The notes beneath the pieces were generated by a model, which saw only the letters and a list, made by a program, of their open reading frames with translations, was not told the DNA's origin and made no database searches. DNA of 64,000 nucleotides, from contig JAVHLJ010000005.1 in assembly GCA_031082205.1 (NCBI GenBank), positions 10,269 to 74,268 of the forward strand, written 5' to 3'. The stretch's first letter is position 1. Each line of letters begins with the position of its first letter. Shown piece after piece: positions 36,807 through 44,426 of this stretch. Position numbers and translations under genes: made by a program. The stretch is from Elusimicrobiales bacterium (GTDB lineage: Bacteria; Elusimicrobiota; Elusimicrobia; Elusimicrobiales; UBA9959).

Positions 36807-37847
36807 ATGGAGATCCTGATACATAATTTCGGCCTTTACCTGGCCTGTTTCGCCGGGGCCCTGGCCGTTTCCCTGGCGCTGACCCCCGCCCTGCGCTCGC
36901 TGGCGGTCCGGTTAGGCCATCTGGACGCCCCCACCACCCACGTCAAGACCCATAAGGTCGCGACCCCGCTGCTGGGCGGCGTGGCCGTGGCCGCGGCCTT
37001 CGCCGTTTCGCTGATAGCCACGCGCTTCCTTACCGATTTCCCGACCGGCACGCTGCGCGACCTGCGCGTGCTGCTTGCCGGGGGGGCCGTCATGCTTCTG
37101 CTGGGCCTGGCCGACGACCTGCGCAAGCCGGACGGCCTGGGCGTGAAGACCAAGTTCGCGGTCCAGTTCGCGGTGGCCTTCTTTACCGTCTTTTACGGGA
37201 TAAAGATAGACTTCATACAGCCTTCCTACCTGGCCGGGGCGCTGAGCGTTCTATGGATAGTCGGGGTCTCCAACGCTTTCAACATCATCGACATAATGGA
37301 CGGGCTCTCCGCCAGCCAGGCGGCGCTGGCCGCGGCCGGCTTCCTTCTTATAGCCCTGCCTTCGGAATCCATCTACGTCAATTTCGCTTCGGCCGCCCTG
37401 TGCGGGGCGGCGCTGGGGTTCCTGCCTTACAATTTCTCGCGGCGGTTCAAGATATTCATGGGAGATTCCGGCAGCCTCTTCTGCGGCTACACGCTGGCCG
37501 TGATAGCCATGGGGACCAGTTACACCAATATGAACCCGCTGGGCGTATACGCCCCGCTTTTCATACTCGCCCTGCCCATCTACGACACGCTTTTCGTCTC
37601 GGTCATGAGGCTGAAGCGCGGGCACTCGCCGTTCATAGGCAGCAAGGACCATTACGCGCTGCGGCTGGAGGCGCTGGGATTCTCCCGCCGGCGGGTGGTC
37701 TTCATCTCCGCCATGACGGCCGTGGCCCTTTCGGCCGCGGCGTTCCTGGTGACGCAGGTCCCGCTGGAATGGGGCGCGCTGATCTATTTCGTGGTCGGCG
37801 GGGAGTTCGTCCTGGTCAGCCTGGCCATCGCCAAGATAAAAGTCTAA
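36807..37847 (+). CDS. Polyprenyl-phosphate hexose/HexNAc-1-phosphate transferase (MraY/WecA family)
   Basis: About 10 TM helices and the VSNAFNIIDIMDGL signature (NxxNxxDGxDGL). 346 aa. Confidence 0.82.
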   Translation: MEILIHNFGLYLACFAGALAVSLALTPALRSLAVRLGHLDAPTTHVKTHKVATPLLGGVAVAAAFAVSLIATRFLTDFPTGTLRDLRVLLAGGAVMLLLGLADDLRKPDGLGVKTKFAVQFAVAFFTVFYGIKIDFIQPSYLAGALSVLWIVGVSNAFNIIDIMDGLSASQAALAAAGFLLIALPSESIYVNFASAALCGAALGFLPYNFSRRFKIFMGDSGSLFCGYTLAVIAMGTSYTNMNPLGVYAPLFILALPIYDTLFVSVMRLKRGHSPFIGSKDHYALRLEALGFSRRRVVFISAMTAVALSAAAFLVTQVPLEWGALIYFVVGGEFVLVSLAIAKIKV

Positions 37848-38236
37848 TCCGCGGTTATCTCGAATTCCGGCGGGCTGTGCAGCGTGCGCTTCACCAGGCA
37901 CTGCTCGGCGGCCTTGATCACGGCGCCCTTGTATTTCTCCGGGAAACCCGGCGGCAGGACTACCCGGAACGAGATCTTCCGCATCCGGTGCTCTGCCGGG
38001 TCCCAGTCCATCGACTGCACTATCTTCAGCCCCTCCGTGGAGAGGCCGCGGCTCTGTATGAAGCCAAGCACGAATATCCCCGCGCAGGTGCCCAGCGAGG
38101 CCAGGAAAAGGTCGAAAGGGGACGGGGCCGAGCCCTCTCCTCCGGCCGAAGCCGGCTGGTCCGTCATTATCGTGAAACCGTGCCAGTCGGCGGCCACCTT
38201 CTTTCCGCCGGGAAAAGTTATTTCCATCTCGCTCAT
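37844..38236 (-). CDS. OsmC-family protein
   Basis: 130 aa. SPFDLFLASLGTCAG, typical of OsmC/Ohr-fold proteins. GGAGGA RBS. Overlaps the convergent WecA-like gene by 4 nt. Confidence 0.75.
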   Translation of the reverse strand: MSEMEITFPGGKKVAADWHGFTIMTDQPASAGGEGSAPSPFDLFLASLGTCAGIFVLGFIQSRGLSTEGLKIVQSMDWDPAEHRMRKISFRVVLPPGFPEKYKGAVIKAAEQCLVKRTLHSPPEFEITAD

Positions 38237-38299
38237 CGCATCCTCCTGTCCCGCCTGACTTCCGGGCGCTTTCTGCGCCTCTCTGCCATTAGATGAAGA

Positions 38300-38342
38300 A
38301 ACCCTTGAAAAGTTTCAGCCCCGCCGGGACGCGGCGGGGCTG
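38300..38342 (-). terminator. Intrinsic terminator downstream of the GAF/HD-GYP gene
   Basis: 10-bp perfect stem (38316-25 with 38333-42) and a 7-nt loop. On the minus strand it is followed by AAACUUUUCAAGGGUUUCUUC, 22 nt after the stop. Confidence 0.55.
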
Positions 38343-38364
38343 AAGCGCCGGGGACGGACCGCTC

Positions 38365-39525
38365 TCAGTAGTTGTGGCGGTTTATCTCCCGGGTGATGCC
38401 AGGGATGACGGTGGTCTTGGCGTCGGAAAGGGAATAGATCTTGAGCACCTGGTCGTAGACCCGTTCGAAGGCGTCGACCACCATGGGGTCGAAGGCCTTG
38501 CCGCTCTCGCCCTTTATGTACTCCAGGGCCCGCCCCGGCTCCCATTTGGGCTTGTAGACGCGCGGCATGCAGAGGGCGTCGAAGACGTCCACCACCGAGA
38601 CTATGCGGGCGTAGATCGGGATCTGCTCGCCGCGCAGCCTGGCCGGGTAGCCGGTGCCGTCGTACTTCTCGTGATGCGAGCCGGCTATCTTGCAGGCTAT
38701 CTGGAGCAGGGTGCTTTCGGCGTTGCAGAGTATCTTGGCGCCGTAGAGGGTGTGCTTCTTCATCTCCTCGAACTCGTCGGCGGTCAGCTTGCCGGGCTTG
38801 AGGAGTATGGCGTCGGCTATGCCCACCTTGCCGATGTCGTGCAGCGGGCTGGCGTAGCGGATGTTCTCTATCTCCTTCTGCGGCAGGCCGACGCTCTCGG
38901 CCAGCAGGGCGGAGTATTCGCTGATGTGGCGCAGGTGTATGGCCGTGTCCTGCTGGTCCCGGTACTCGGCGGTGACGGCCAGGCGGTAGATGGTCTCGAG
39001 CTGGGACTTGGAGAGGCTCTCGTAGAGCTGGGCGTTCTCGATGGCCGAGGAGGCGATGGAGCCCAGCAGCTGCAGTATCCCCTCGTCGTCCTTGTTGAAG
39101 GCGCCGGCGAGCTTGTTTATGACCTCGAAGACGCCGATGATGCGGCCGTTTATGTTGCGCAGCGGCACGGCCAGTATGGTCTGGGTGCGGTAGCCGGTCA
39201 GGCGGTCGGTGTCCTGGTTGAAATGAGCGTCGCCGTAGGCGTCGGTGATGTTCATCACCTGGCCCGTGGCGGCCACGTGTCCCGCTATGCCGCGGCCGTA
39301 GGGAATGCGGATCTCGGTGTGCTGCATGCCCTGGGCCACCTGGGACCAGAGCTCGTTGGTGTGGCGGTCGATGACGAAGACCGTGCAGCGGTCGCAGGCG
39401 AGTATCGTCTTCACCTGGTCGGCGATGAGCTCGATCAGCTTGTGGATGTGGGTCTCGGTGGAGATGCTGCCGCCGAACTTGACCAGCAGCTCGAGCCGTT
39501 TTTCCAGGTCTTCAGCCCGCGTCAT
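38365..39525 (-). CDS. GAF-domain HD-GYP phosphodiesterase (c-di-GMP signalling family)
   Basis: N-terminal GAF-like domain, then HD (SPLHDIGK) and HHEKYDGTGYP (HD-GYP) motifs. Confidence 0.85.
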   Translation of the reverse strand: MTRAEDLEKRLELLVKFGGSISTETHIHKLIELIADQVKTILACDRCTVFVIDRHTNELWSQVAQGMQHTEIRIPYGRGIAGHVAATGQVMNITDAYGDAHFNQDTDRLTGYRTQTILAVPLRNINGRIIGVFEVINKLAGAFNKDDEGILQLLGSIASSAIENAQLYESLSKSQLETIYRLAVTAEYRDQQDTAIHLRHISEYSALLAESVGLPQKEIENIRYASPLHDIGKVGIADAILLKPGKLTADEFEEMKKHTLYGAKILCNAESTLLQIACKIAGSHHEKYDGTGYPARLRGEQIPIYARIVSVVDVFDALCMPRVYKPKWEPGRALEYIKGESGKAFDPMVVDAFERVYDQVLKIYSLSDAKTTVIPGITREINRHNY

Positions 39526-39550
39526 AGGTATATTGTAGCATGCGGGGGCG

Positions 39551-40924
39551 CTACTTGGCAGGGGGGCGGGTGAGCTTTTCCGCCAGCTGCGCGTAATGAA
39601 CGGCCTTGGCCGACGGGTAATCCCGCTTCAGGCCGGCGTTTATCTGCAGCAGGCAGGAGGTGCCGCCCACGGCCACGGTATCGGCCCGGACCGAGGCGAT
39701 ATTGGCGGTCTTGCGCCTGAGTATCCTGTCCGACATCTCCGGCTGGGTGAAAGAATAGGCGCCGGCCCCGCCGCAGCACCAGTCGCTCTCCGGCAACTCG
39801 GTGAAGCGCTTGCCGGCCAGGGTCCTGAGGGCCTCGCGGGGTTCTTTGCGTATGCCCTGGCCGTGGCAGGCCCGGCAGGAATCGTGATAGGTTATCCTGC
39901 CGGCCTCCGCCAGGGCCTCTTTGGACGCGTGGGTCATGGCGGAAGGGGGGACGGCCTCCAGTGCGTCGCGCACGGCGGCGGCGAAGGCGGCGGCCCGGGG
40001 CCGCCATTCCGGCTCGGCGGTGAAGAGCTGCTCGTAGGTCTTCATGAAGGCCGTGCAGGAGGAACAGTCTCCCACTATCTTCACGTCGCCGAGGCGCTCC
40101 CTGAGCGCCTCGTATTTCTCTATGTTGCGGCGGGCGAAGTCCCGCGCGTGGCGTATGTCGCCGTAATTGTAGGCCAGCAGGCCGCAGCAGGAATTATGGA
40201 AGAACACGCCTTTGCCGAGGAAGCGTTTCAGGAGGGCCACGGTGGCTTCGCCTACGCCGGTGAAGAGGTAGTTGGGGCCGCAGGGGGCGAAATAGGCCCA
40301 GGCCCGCGGTTCGTCGCCGGCCCCGGCCTCCAGTTCCGGGTCGGCGGCGAGCTTCTCCGACAGGAAGGTCAGCGGCATGGCCGGGGCTTCCCGCTCGGCC
40401 TTCTCCAGCGGCCCGAGCCCCAGCAGCCTGAAAAGGCCAAGCTTCCCGGCCAGGCGGGGCAGGCCCGCGCGGCGCGCCAGAGCGCCCAGCTTCAGCAGGA
40501 AGCCGAAAAGGCCTGGCCGCTCCAGCATGAGCCTGGAGAGAAGCGCGGGTATCAGGCGCGGAGCGGGGCCCAGGGCGGAGCGCCGGCCCTCCAGGACTAT
40601 GTCGGCCGTGGGGACCTTGGCGAAGCAGGCCTCGGAGCAGGCGCCGCAGAGCAGGCAGGTGTCGAGCGACTCGGCCGCGGCTCCGGCGCCGCCGGCCTTG
40701 CCCTCCATGATCATGCGGGTCAGCTGGTTCCGCCCGCGGGCCGAGATGGGCTCGCGGCCGGTAAGCATGTAGGTCGGGCAGACGGTCTCGCAGTAGCCGC
40801 AGCGGCTGCACTGGCTTACCGCGTCGTACAAGGACCTTTCGCCCAGGTGCGTGAGCAGCGAGGGCAGGTGGAGCTCTCCCTCCGCGTGCCGGTCGTACAT
40901 CTCGTTGACGTCGTATTTGCTCAT
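39551..40924 (-). CDS. glcF: Fe-S subunit of a glycolate-oxidase-like dehydrogenase (GlcF family)
   Basis: Two ferredoxin-type motifs, CSRCGYCETVCP and CLLCGACSEAC, followed by Cys-rich CCG-type repeats. 457 aa. Confidence 0.75.
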   Translation of the reverse strand: MSKYDVNEMYDRHAEGELHLPSLLTHLGERSLYDAVSQCSRCGYCETVCPTYMLTGREPISARGRNQLTRMIMEGKAGGAGAAAESLDTCLLCGACSEACFAKVPTADIVLEGRRSALGPAPRLIPALLSRLMLERPGLFGFLLKLGALARRAGLPRLAGKLGLFRLLGLGPLEKAEREAPAMPLTFLSEKLAADPELEAGAGDEPRAWAYFAPCGPNYLFTGVGEATVALLKRFLGKGVFFHNSCCGLLAYNYGDIRHARDFARRNIEKYEALRERLGDVKIVGDCSSCTAFMKTYEQLFTAEPEWRPRAAAFAAAVRDALEAVPPSAMTHASKEALAEAGRITYHDSCRACHGQGIRKEPREALRTLAGKRFTELPESDWCCGGAGAYSFTQPEMSDRILRRKTANIASVRADTVAVGGTSCLLQINAGLKRDYPSAKAVHYAQLAEKLTRPPAK

Positions 40925-40925
40925 G

Positions 40926-42950
40926 TTATCCGTATATCCAGGGGTTCAGCAGGTTGTCCGGGTCGAAAGCCCGCTTGAGGCGGCGGTGAACGTCGGACGG
41001 GACGAATCCCGCCGCGCGGGGCTCCGTGTGGTGAAAGCGGGGGGCCTTGCCCGCCGGGCAGAGCCGTATGGTCGCGGACAGTATCACGCCGTAGGCGCCC
41101 AGAGAGCCGCAGAGCAGGCGCGTCAGGTCGTAGCCCGCCACGTTCTTGACCGATTTGCCGCCGAGACGGCAGACCGTGCCGTCGGGCAGGGCCAGTTCCA
41201 GCCCCAGCAGCAGATCGCGTATGCCGGGCCAGGCCTTCGTCGCGATGAGGCCGCCGAGCGTGCCGTCCAGCTTGGGCATCGGGGCTTCCAGGCCGCCGGA
41301 CTTTAGTTCCGAGCGCAGCGTGCGCAGCGGTATTCCCGCCTCGAAGGTCGCGGTCAGGTTGTCGTCGTATATTTCCAGGACGGACCTCAGGCCGGAGACG
41401 TCCAGGTCCCGCCCCGCGGCTTCTCCCTCCGGGGAGGACAGGCGCGTCCCCAGGCCTTTCACGCGGGACTTTATCCCGTGGGCCGCGCGGTACTTCAGCT
41501 CGCTTACGAGGGCCGAAAGCGCGGAGGAGCGCGCCGCGGGCGCCGCGTCCTTGCGGCGGGCGTGGCGGTCGGAGACGGGCACTATCTTATCGGGATTGGC
41601 CAGGTCTTTCGGGTCCAGCGCTTCTTTCACGCGCGAGAAAAGGTCAAGCTCGGCCCGGTCGTAGAGCCAGTTCATCGCCAGGCGCTTCTCGACGCCGACG
41701 CCGTGCTCGCCGGAGATGGTGCCGCCCAGGTCTATGCAGGCGCGCAGTATCTCGTGCCCCGCCTTTCTCACGCGCCTCGTTTCCTCCAGGTCCCGCTCGT
41801 CGTAGATGACGTTGGGATGGAGATTGCCGTCCCCCGCGTGGAAGAGCAGCCCGGCCGTCAGCTTGTAGTCGGCGAGTATCCGCCTGACCTCGGCGGCTGC
41901 CTGCGGCAGCCTCGGCCTGGGGACGGCGCCGTCCTCGACCATGACGTTAGGGGCCAGCCTGGCCAGGGCGGGGTAGGCGCCCTTGCGGGCCGCCCAGAGC
42001 GCCTCCCGCGCGGCGTTGTCCGCCGCTTCCCGGAAATCGAGCGAGCCCGCCGCCGCGGCGAAAGACCGTATCTCCGCCATCTCCCTGTCCAGGTCCCTGC
42101 GGGAATTGCCGTCGAGCTCTATTATCAGGACCGCTTCCGTCCTGTCGGAAAGCTTCAGTCCGCCGCCGCCGGCGGCGTCCAGCGAGACCCGGTCCATCGC
42201 CTCCAGCGCGCGCGGCACTATGCCGGCCGCTATCGTGGCCGCCACGGCCTTCATGGCGTCGTCGACCGAGGGGAAAGAGCAGACGGCGGTCATTATATGT
42301 TTCGGCAGCGGCAGTATCTTAAGCCGGGCGTATATGGCTATGCCGAGCGTGCCCTCCGAGCCGATAAAAAGCCCCGGCAGGTCGGGCCCCGCGTCTTGCG
42401 TGGATATTTCCAGCGTCTCTCCCTGCGGAGTGACGACGGTCAGGCCAAGGACATTGTCCGCGGTGACGCCGTACTTGAGGCAGAGCGGCCCTCCGGCGTT
42501 CTCGCCGATATTCCCGCCTATCGTGCAGACCCGCTGGCTGGCCGGGTCCGGCGGGTAGAAGAAGCCGGCCCTGGCCAGTTCCTCCTGGAGCTTCAGGTTG
42601 ACCACGCCGGGCTCCACCACGGCGACGCCCGCCGCGGTGTCTATGGAGCGGATCTTATTCAGGGGGGAGAGGTTGAGTATCACGCCGCCTTTCAGTGGTA
42701 TGGTCCCGCCCGAGAGGTTGGTGCCGGCCAGGCGCGGCAGGAAAGGAACGCCGGCGCCGTGCAGCAGCCTCACCAGCGGCGCCACCTTCTCCGCGGCGTC
42801 GACCCGCACGACGGCGTCGGGCCTGGCGCGGGCCGAGCCCGCGTCGTAGGAGTACGCCAGTATGTCGGCCTCGCCGGTGAAGACATTGTCCTCCCCGGCT
42901 ATTCTTTTGAGTTCTTCCAGCGTGCCGCCGAGTCGGTCTTTCCTGAACAT
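40926..42950 (-). CDS. FAD-linked oxidase, GlcD-like with a fused GlcE-like C-terminal module
   Basis: Start trimmed to the ATG at 42950 (MFRKDRLGG). FAD-binding PCMH domain (AGTNLSGG) and GlcD-like core ...GEHGVGVEKR... About 200 extra aa resemble a second, shorter FAD-oxidase unit ending in FDPDNLLNP. Confidence 0.75.
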   Translation of the reverse strand: MFRKDRLGGTLEELKRIAGEDNVFTGEADILAYSYDAGSARARPDAVVRVDAAEKVAPLVRLLHGAGVPFLPRLAGTNLSGGTIPLKGGVILNLSPLNKIRSIDTAAGVAVVEPGVVNLKLQEELARAGFFYPPDPASQRVCTIGGNIGENAGGPLCLKYGVTADNVLGLTVVTPQGETLEISTQDAGPDLPGLFIGSEGTLGIAIYARLKILPLPKHIMTAVCSFPSVDDAMKAVAATIAAGIVPRALEAMDRVSLDAAGGGGLKLSDRTEAVLIIELDGNSRRDLDREMAEIRSFAAAAGSLDFREAADNAAREALWAARKGAYPALARLAPNVMVEDGAVPRPRLPQAAAEVRRILADYKLTAGLLFHAGDGNLHPNVIYDERDLEETRRVRKAGHEILRACIDLGGTISGEHGVGVEKRLAMNWLYDRAELDLFSRVKEALDPKDLANPDKIVPVSDRHARRKDAAPAARSSALSALVSELKYRAAHGIKSRVKGLGTRLSSPEGEAAGRDLDVSGLRSVLEIYDDNLTATFEAGIPLRTLRSELKSGGLEAPMPKLDGTLGGLIATKAWPGIRDLLLGLELALPDGTVCRLGGKSVKNVAGYDLTRLLCGSLGAYGVILSATIRLCPAGKAPRFHHTEPRAAGFVPSDVHRRLKRAFDPDNLLNPWIYG

Positions 42951-42958
42951 CCGTTCCT

Positions 42959-44341
42959 TTACAGCGGGCGCAGCTTGGCAGTGAAATGCGGCAGTATGGG
43001 CGAGACTTCCAGGGCCTCGAGCCCGCGTATCTTCTTTTTGTCCTTCGCCAGCGAGCCGCAGACCTCTATGACGTAATCGATGTGGCTCTGGGTGTAGACC
43101 CGGCGCGGCATGGCCAGCCGCACCAGTTCCATGGGCGCCGCTATGAAATTGCCCTTGGCGTCCCTGCGGCCGAACATCAGCGTCCCTATCTCGACGCCGC
43201 GTATGCCTCCCTCCAGGTAGAGGGCGCAGGCCAGCGCCTGGGCCGGGAAATTCTGCGGCTTTATGTGGGGCAGGAACTTCTTGGCGTTTATGTAGACGCC
43301 GTGGCCGCCGGGAGGGTTGACTATCGGCACGCCTTTCTTTATAAGTCCCTCGCCGAGATAGGCCGAGGAGCGTATGCGGTAATGGAGGTAGTTCTCGTCG
43401 AGCACCTCGCGCAGGCCTATCGCCAGGGCCTCCAGGTCCCGGCCGGCCAGGCCGCCGTAGGTGTTGAAGCCCTCGGTCAGTATCAGCAGCTGCCGGCATT
43501 TCTGGGCCCACTCGGCGTTGTTCATCGCCAGGAAGCCGCCTATGTTTACGAGCGCGTCCTTCTTGGAGCTCATCCAGCAGCCGTCGGCCAGCTCGAACAT
43601 CTCCTCGGCTATCTCCTTGACCGGGCGCTGGTTGTAGCCCTTCTCGCGCAGCTTTATGAAGTAGGCGTTCTCGGCGAAGCGGGCGCAGTCGAGGAACAGC
43701 GGTATGCCGTAACGGCGGCAGAGCTCCTGCACCTTCTTGAGGTTGGCCATGGAGACCGGCTGGCCGCCGAGGGAGTTGTTGGTGACCGTCATCACGCAGA
43801 GGGGGATGTTCTCCGCGCCCTTGTCCTTTATGAAGCGCTCCATCGCGGCGACGTCGGCGTCGCCCTTGAAGGGAGCCGTCTTGTCGAAGTCCAGCGCCCC
43901 CTTGGCGGGGAAGTCCATCGCCTGCGCGCCGGAGTATTCGACGTTGGCGCGGGTCGTGTCGAAATGGGAGTTGGAGATGATGTACCGGCCCTTGCCGCCT
44001 ATTACGGAGAAGAGTATCTTCTCGGCGGCGCGGCCCTGGTGCACGGGGATTATCTCCCTGAGGCCGGTAAGTTCGCGCACCTGCTCCTCGAAGTTGTAGT
44101 AGCTGCGCGCGCCGGCGTAGGATTCGTCGCCGCGCATGATGCCGCCCCACTGGTCCGCGCTCATCGCTCCGGTGCCGCTGTCGGTCAGCATGTCGATGAG
44201 GACCTTCTCGGCCCTTATGTTGAAAAGGTTGTAATGGGCCTGCTCCAGCAGCCGGACGCGCTCCTCGCGGGTGGTGAAGCCCAGCGGCTCCACGGTCTTT
44301 ATCTTGAAAGGTTCGATGATGGTCTTCCATTTCCATTCCAT
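42959..44341 (-). CDS. Beta-eliminating lyase (tryptophanase / tyrosine phenol-lyase family)
   Basis: Start trimmed to the ATG at 44341 with an AGGAGG RBS. IIEPFKIK N-terminus and PLP-Lys motif SSKKDALVNIGGF. 460 aa. Confidence 0.88.
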   Translation of the reverse strand: MEWKWKTIIEPFKIKTVEPLGFTTREERVRLLEQAHYNLFNIRAEKVLIDMLTDSGTGAMSADQWGGIMRGDESYAGARSYYNFEEQVRELTGLREIIPVHQGRAAEKILFSVIGGKGRYIISNSHFDTTRANVEYSGAQAMDFPAKGALDFDKTAPFKGDADVAAMERFIKDKGAENIPLCVMTVTNNSLGGQPVSMANLKKVQELCRRYGIPLFLDCARFAENAYFIKLREKGYNQRPVKEIAEEMFELADGCWMSSKKDALVNIGGFLAMNNAEWAQKCRQLLILTEGFNTYGGLAGRDLEALAIGLREVLDENYLHYRIRSSAYLGEGLIKKGVPIVNPPGGHGVYINAKKFLPHIKPQNFPAQALACALYLEGGIRGVEIGTLMFGRRDAKGNFIAAPMELVRLAMPRRVYTQSHIDYVIEVCGSLAKDKKKIRGLEALEVSPILPHFTAKLRPL

Positions 44342-44426
44342 AAGCGGGCCTCCTGCGTTTAAGCGGCACACGTATTCTAATATTTATTATGCCGGGGACA
44401 CCATCGGGCGCGGCGCCCCGGGCGGG

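Noticed and set aside
16765-37847. Treating the glycan locus as a mobile genomic island or an aminoglycoside-type secondary-metabolite cluster
   Set aside because: There is no integrase, transposase, flanking tRNA or direct repeat, and no visible compositional break. The GT-C, GT9, WecA-like and DPM1-like enzymes point to cell-envelope assembly rather than a diffusible aminoglycoside. A natural-product role cannot be fully excluded.
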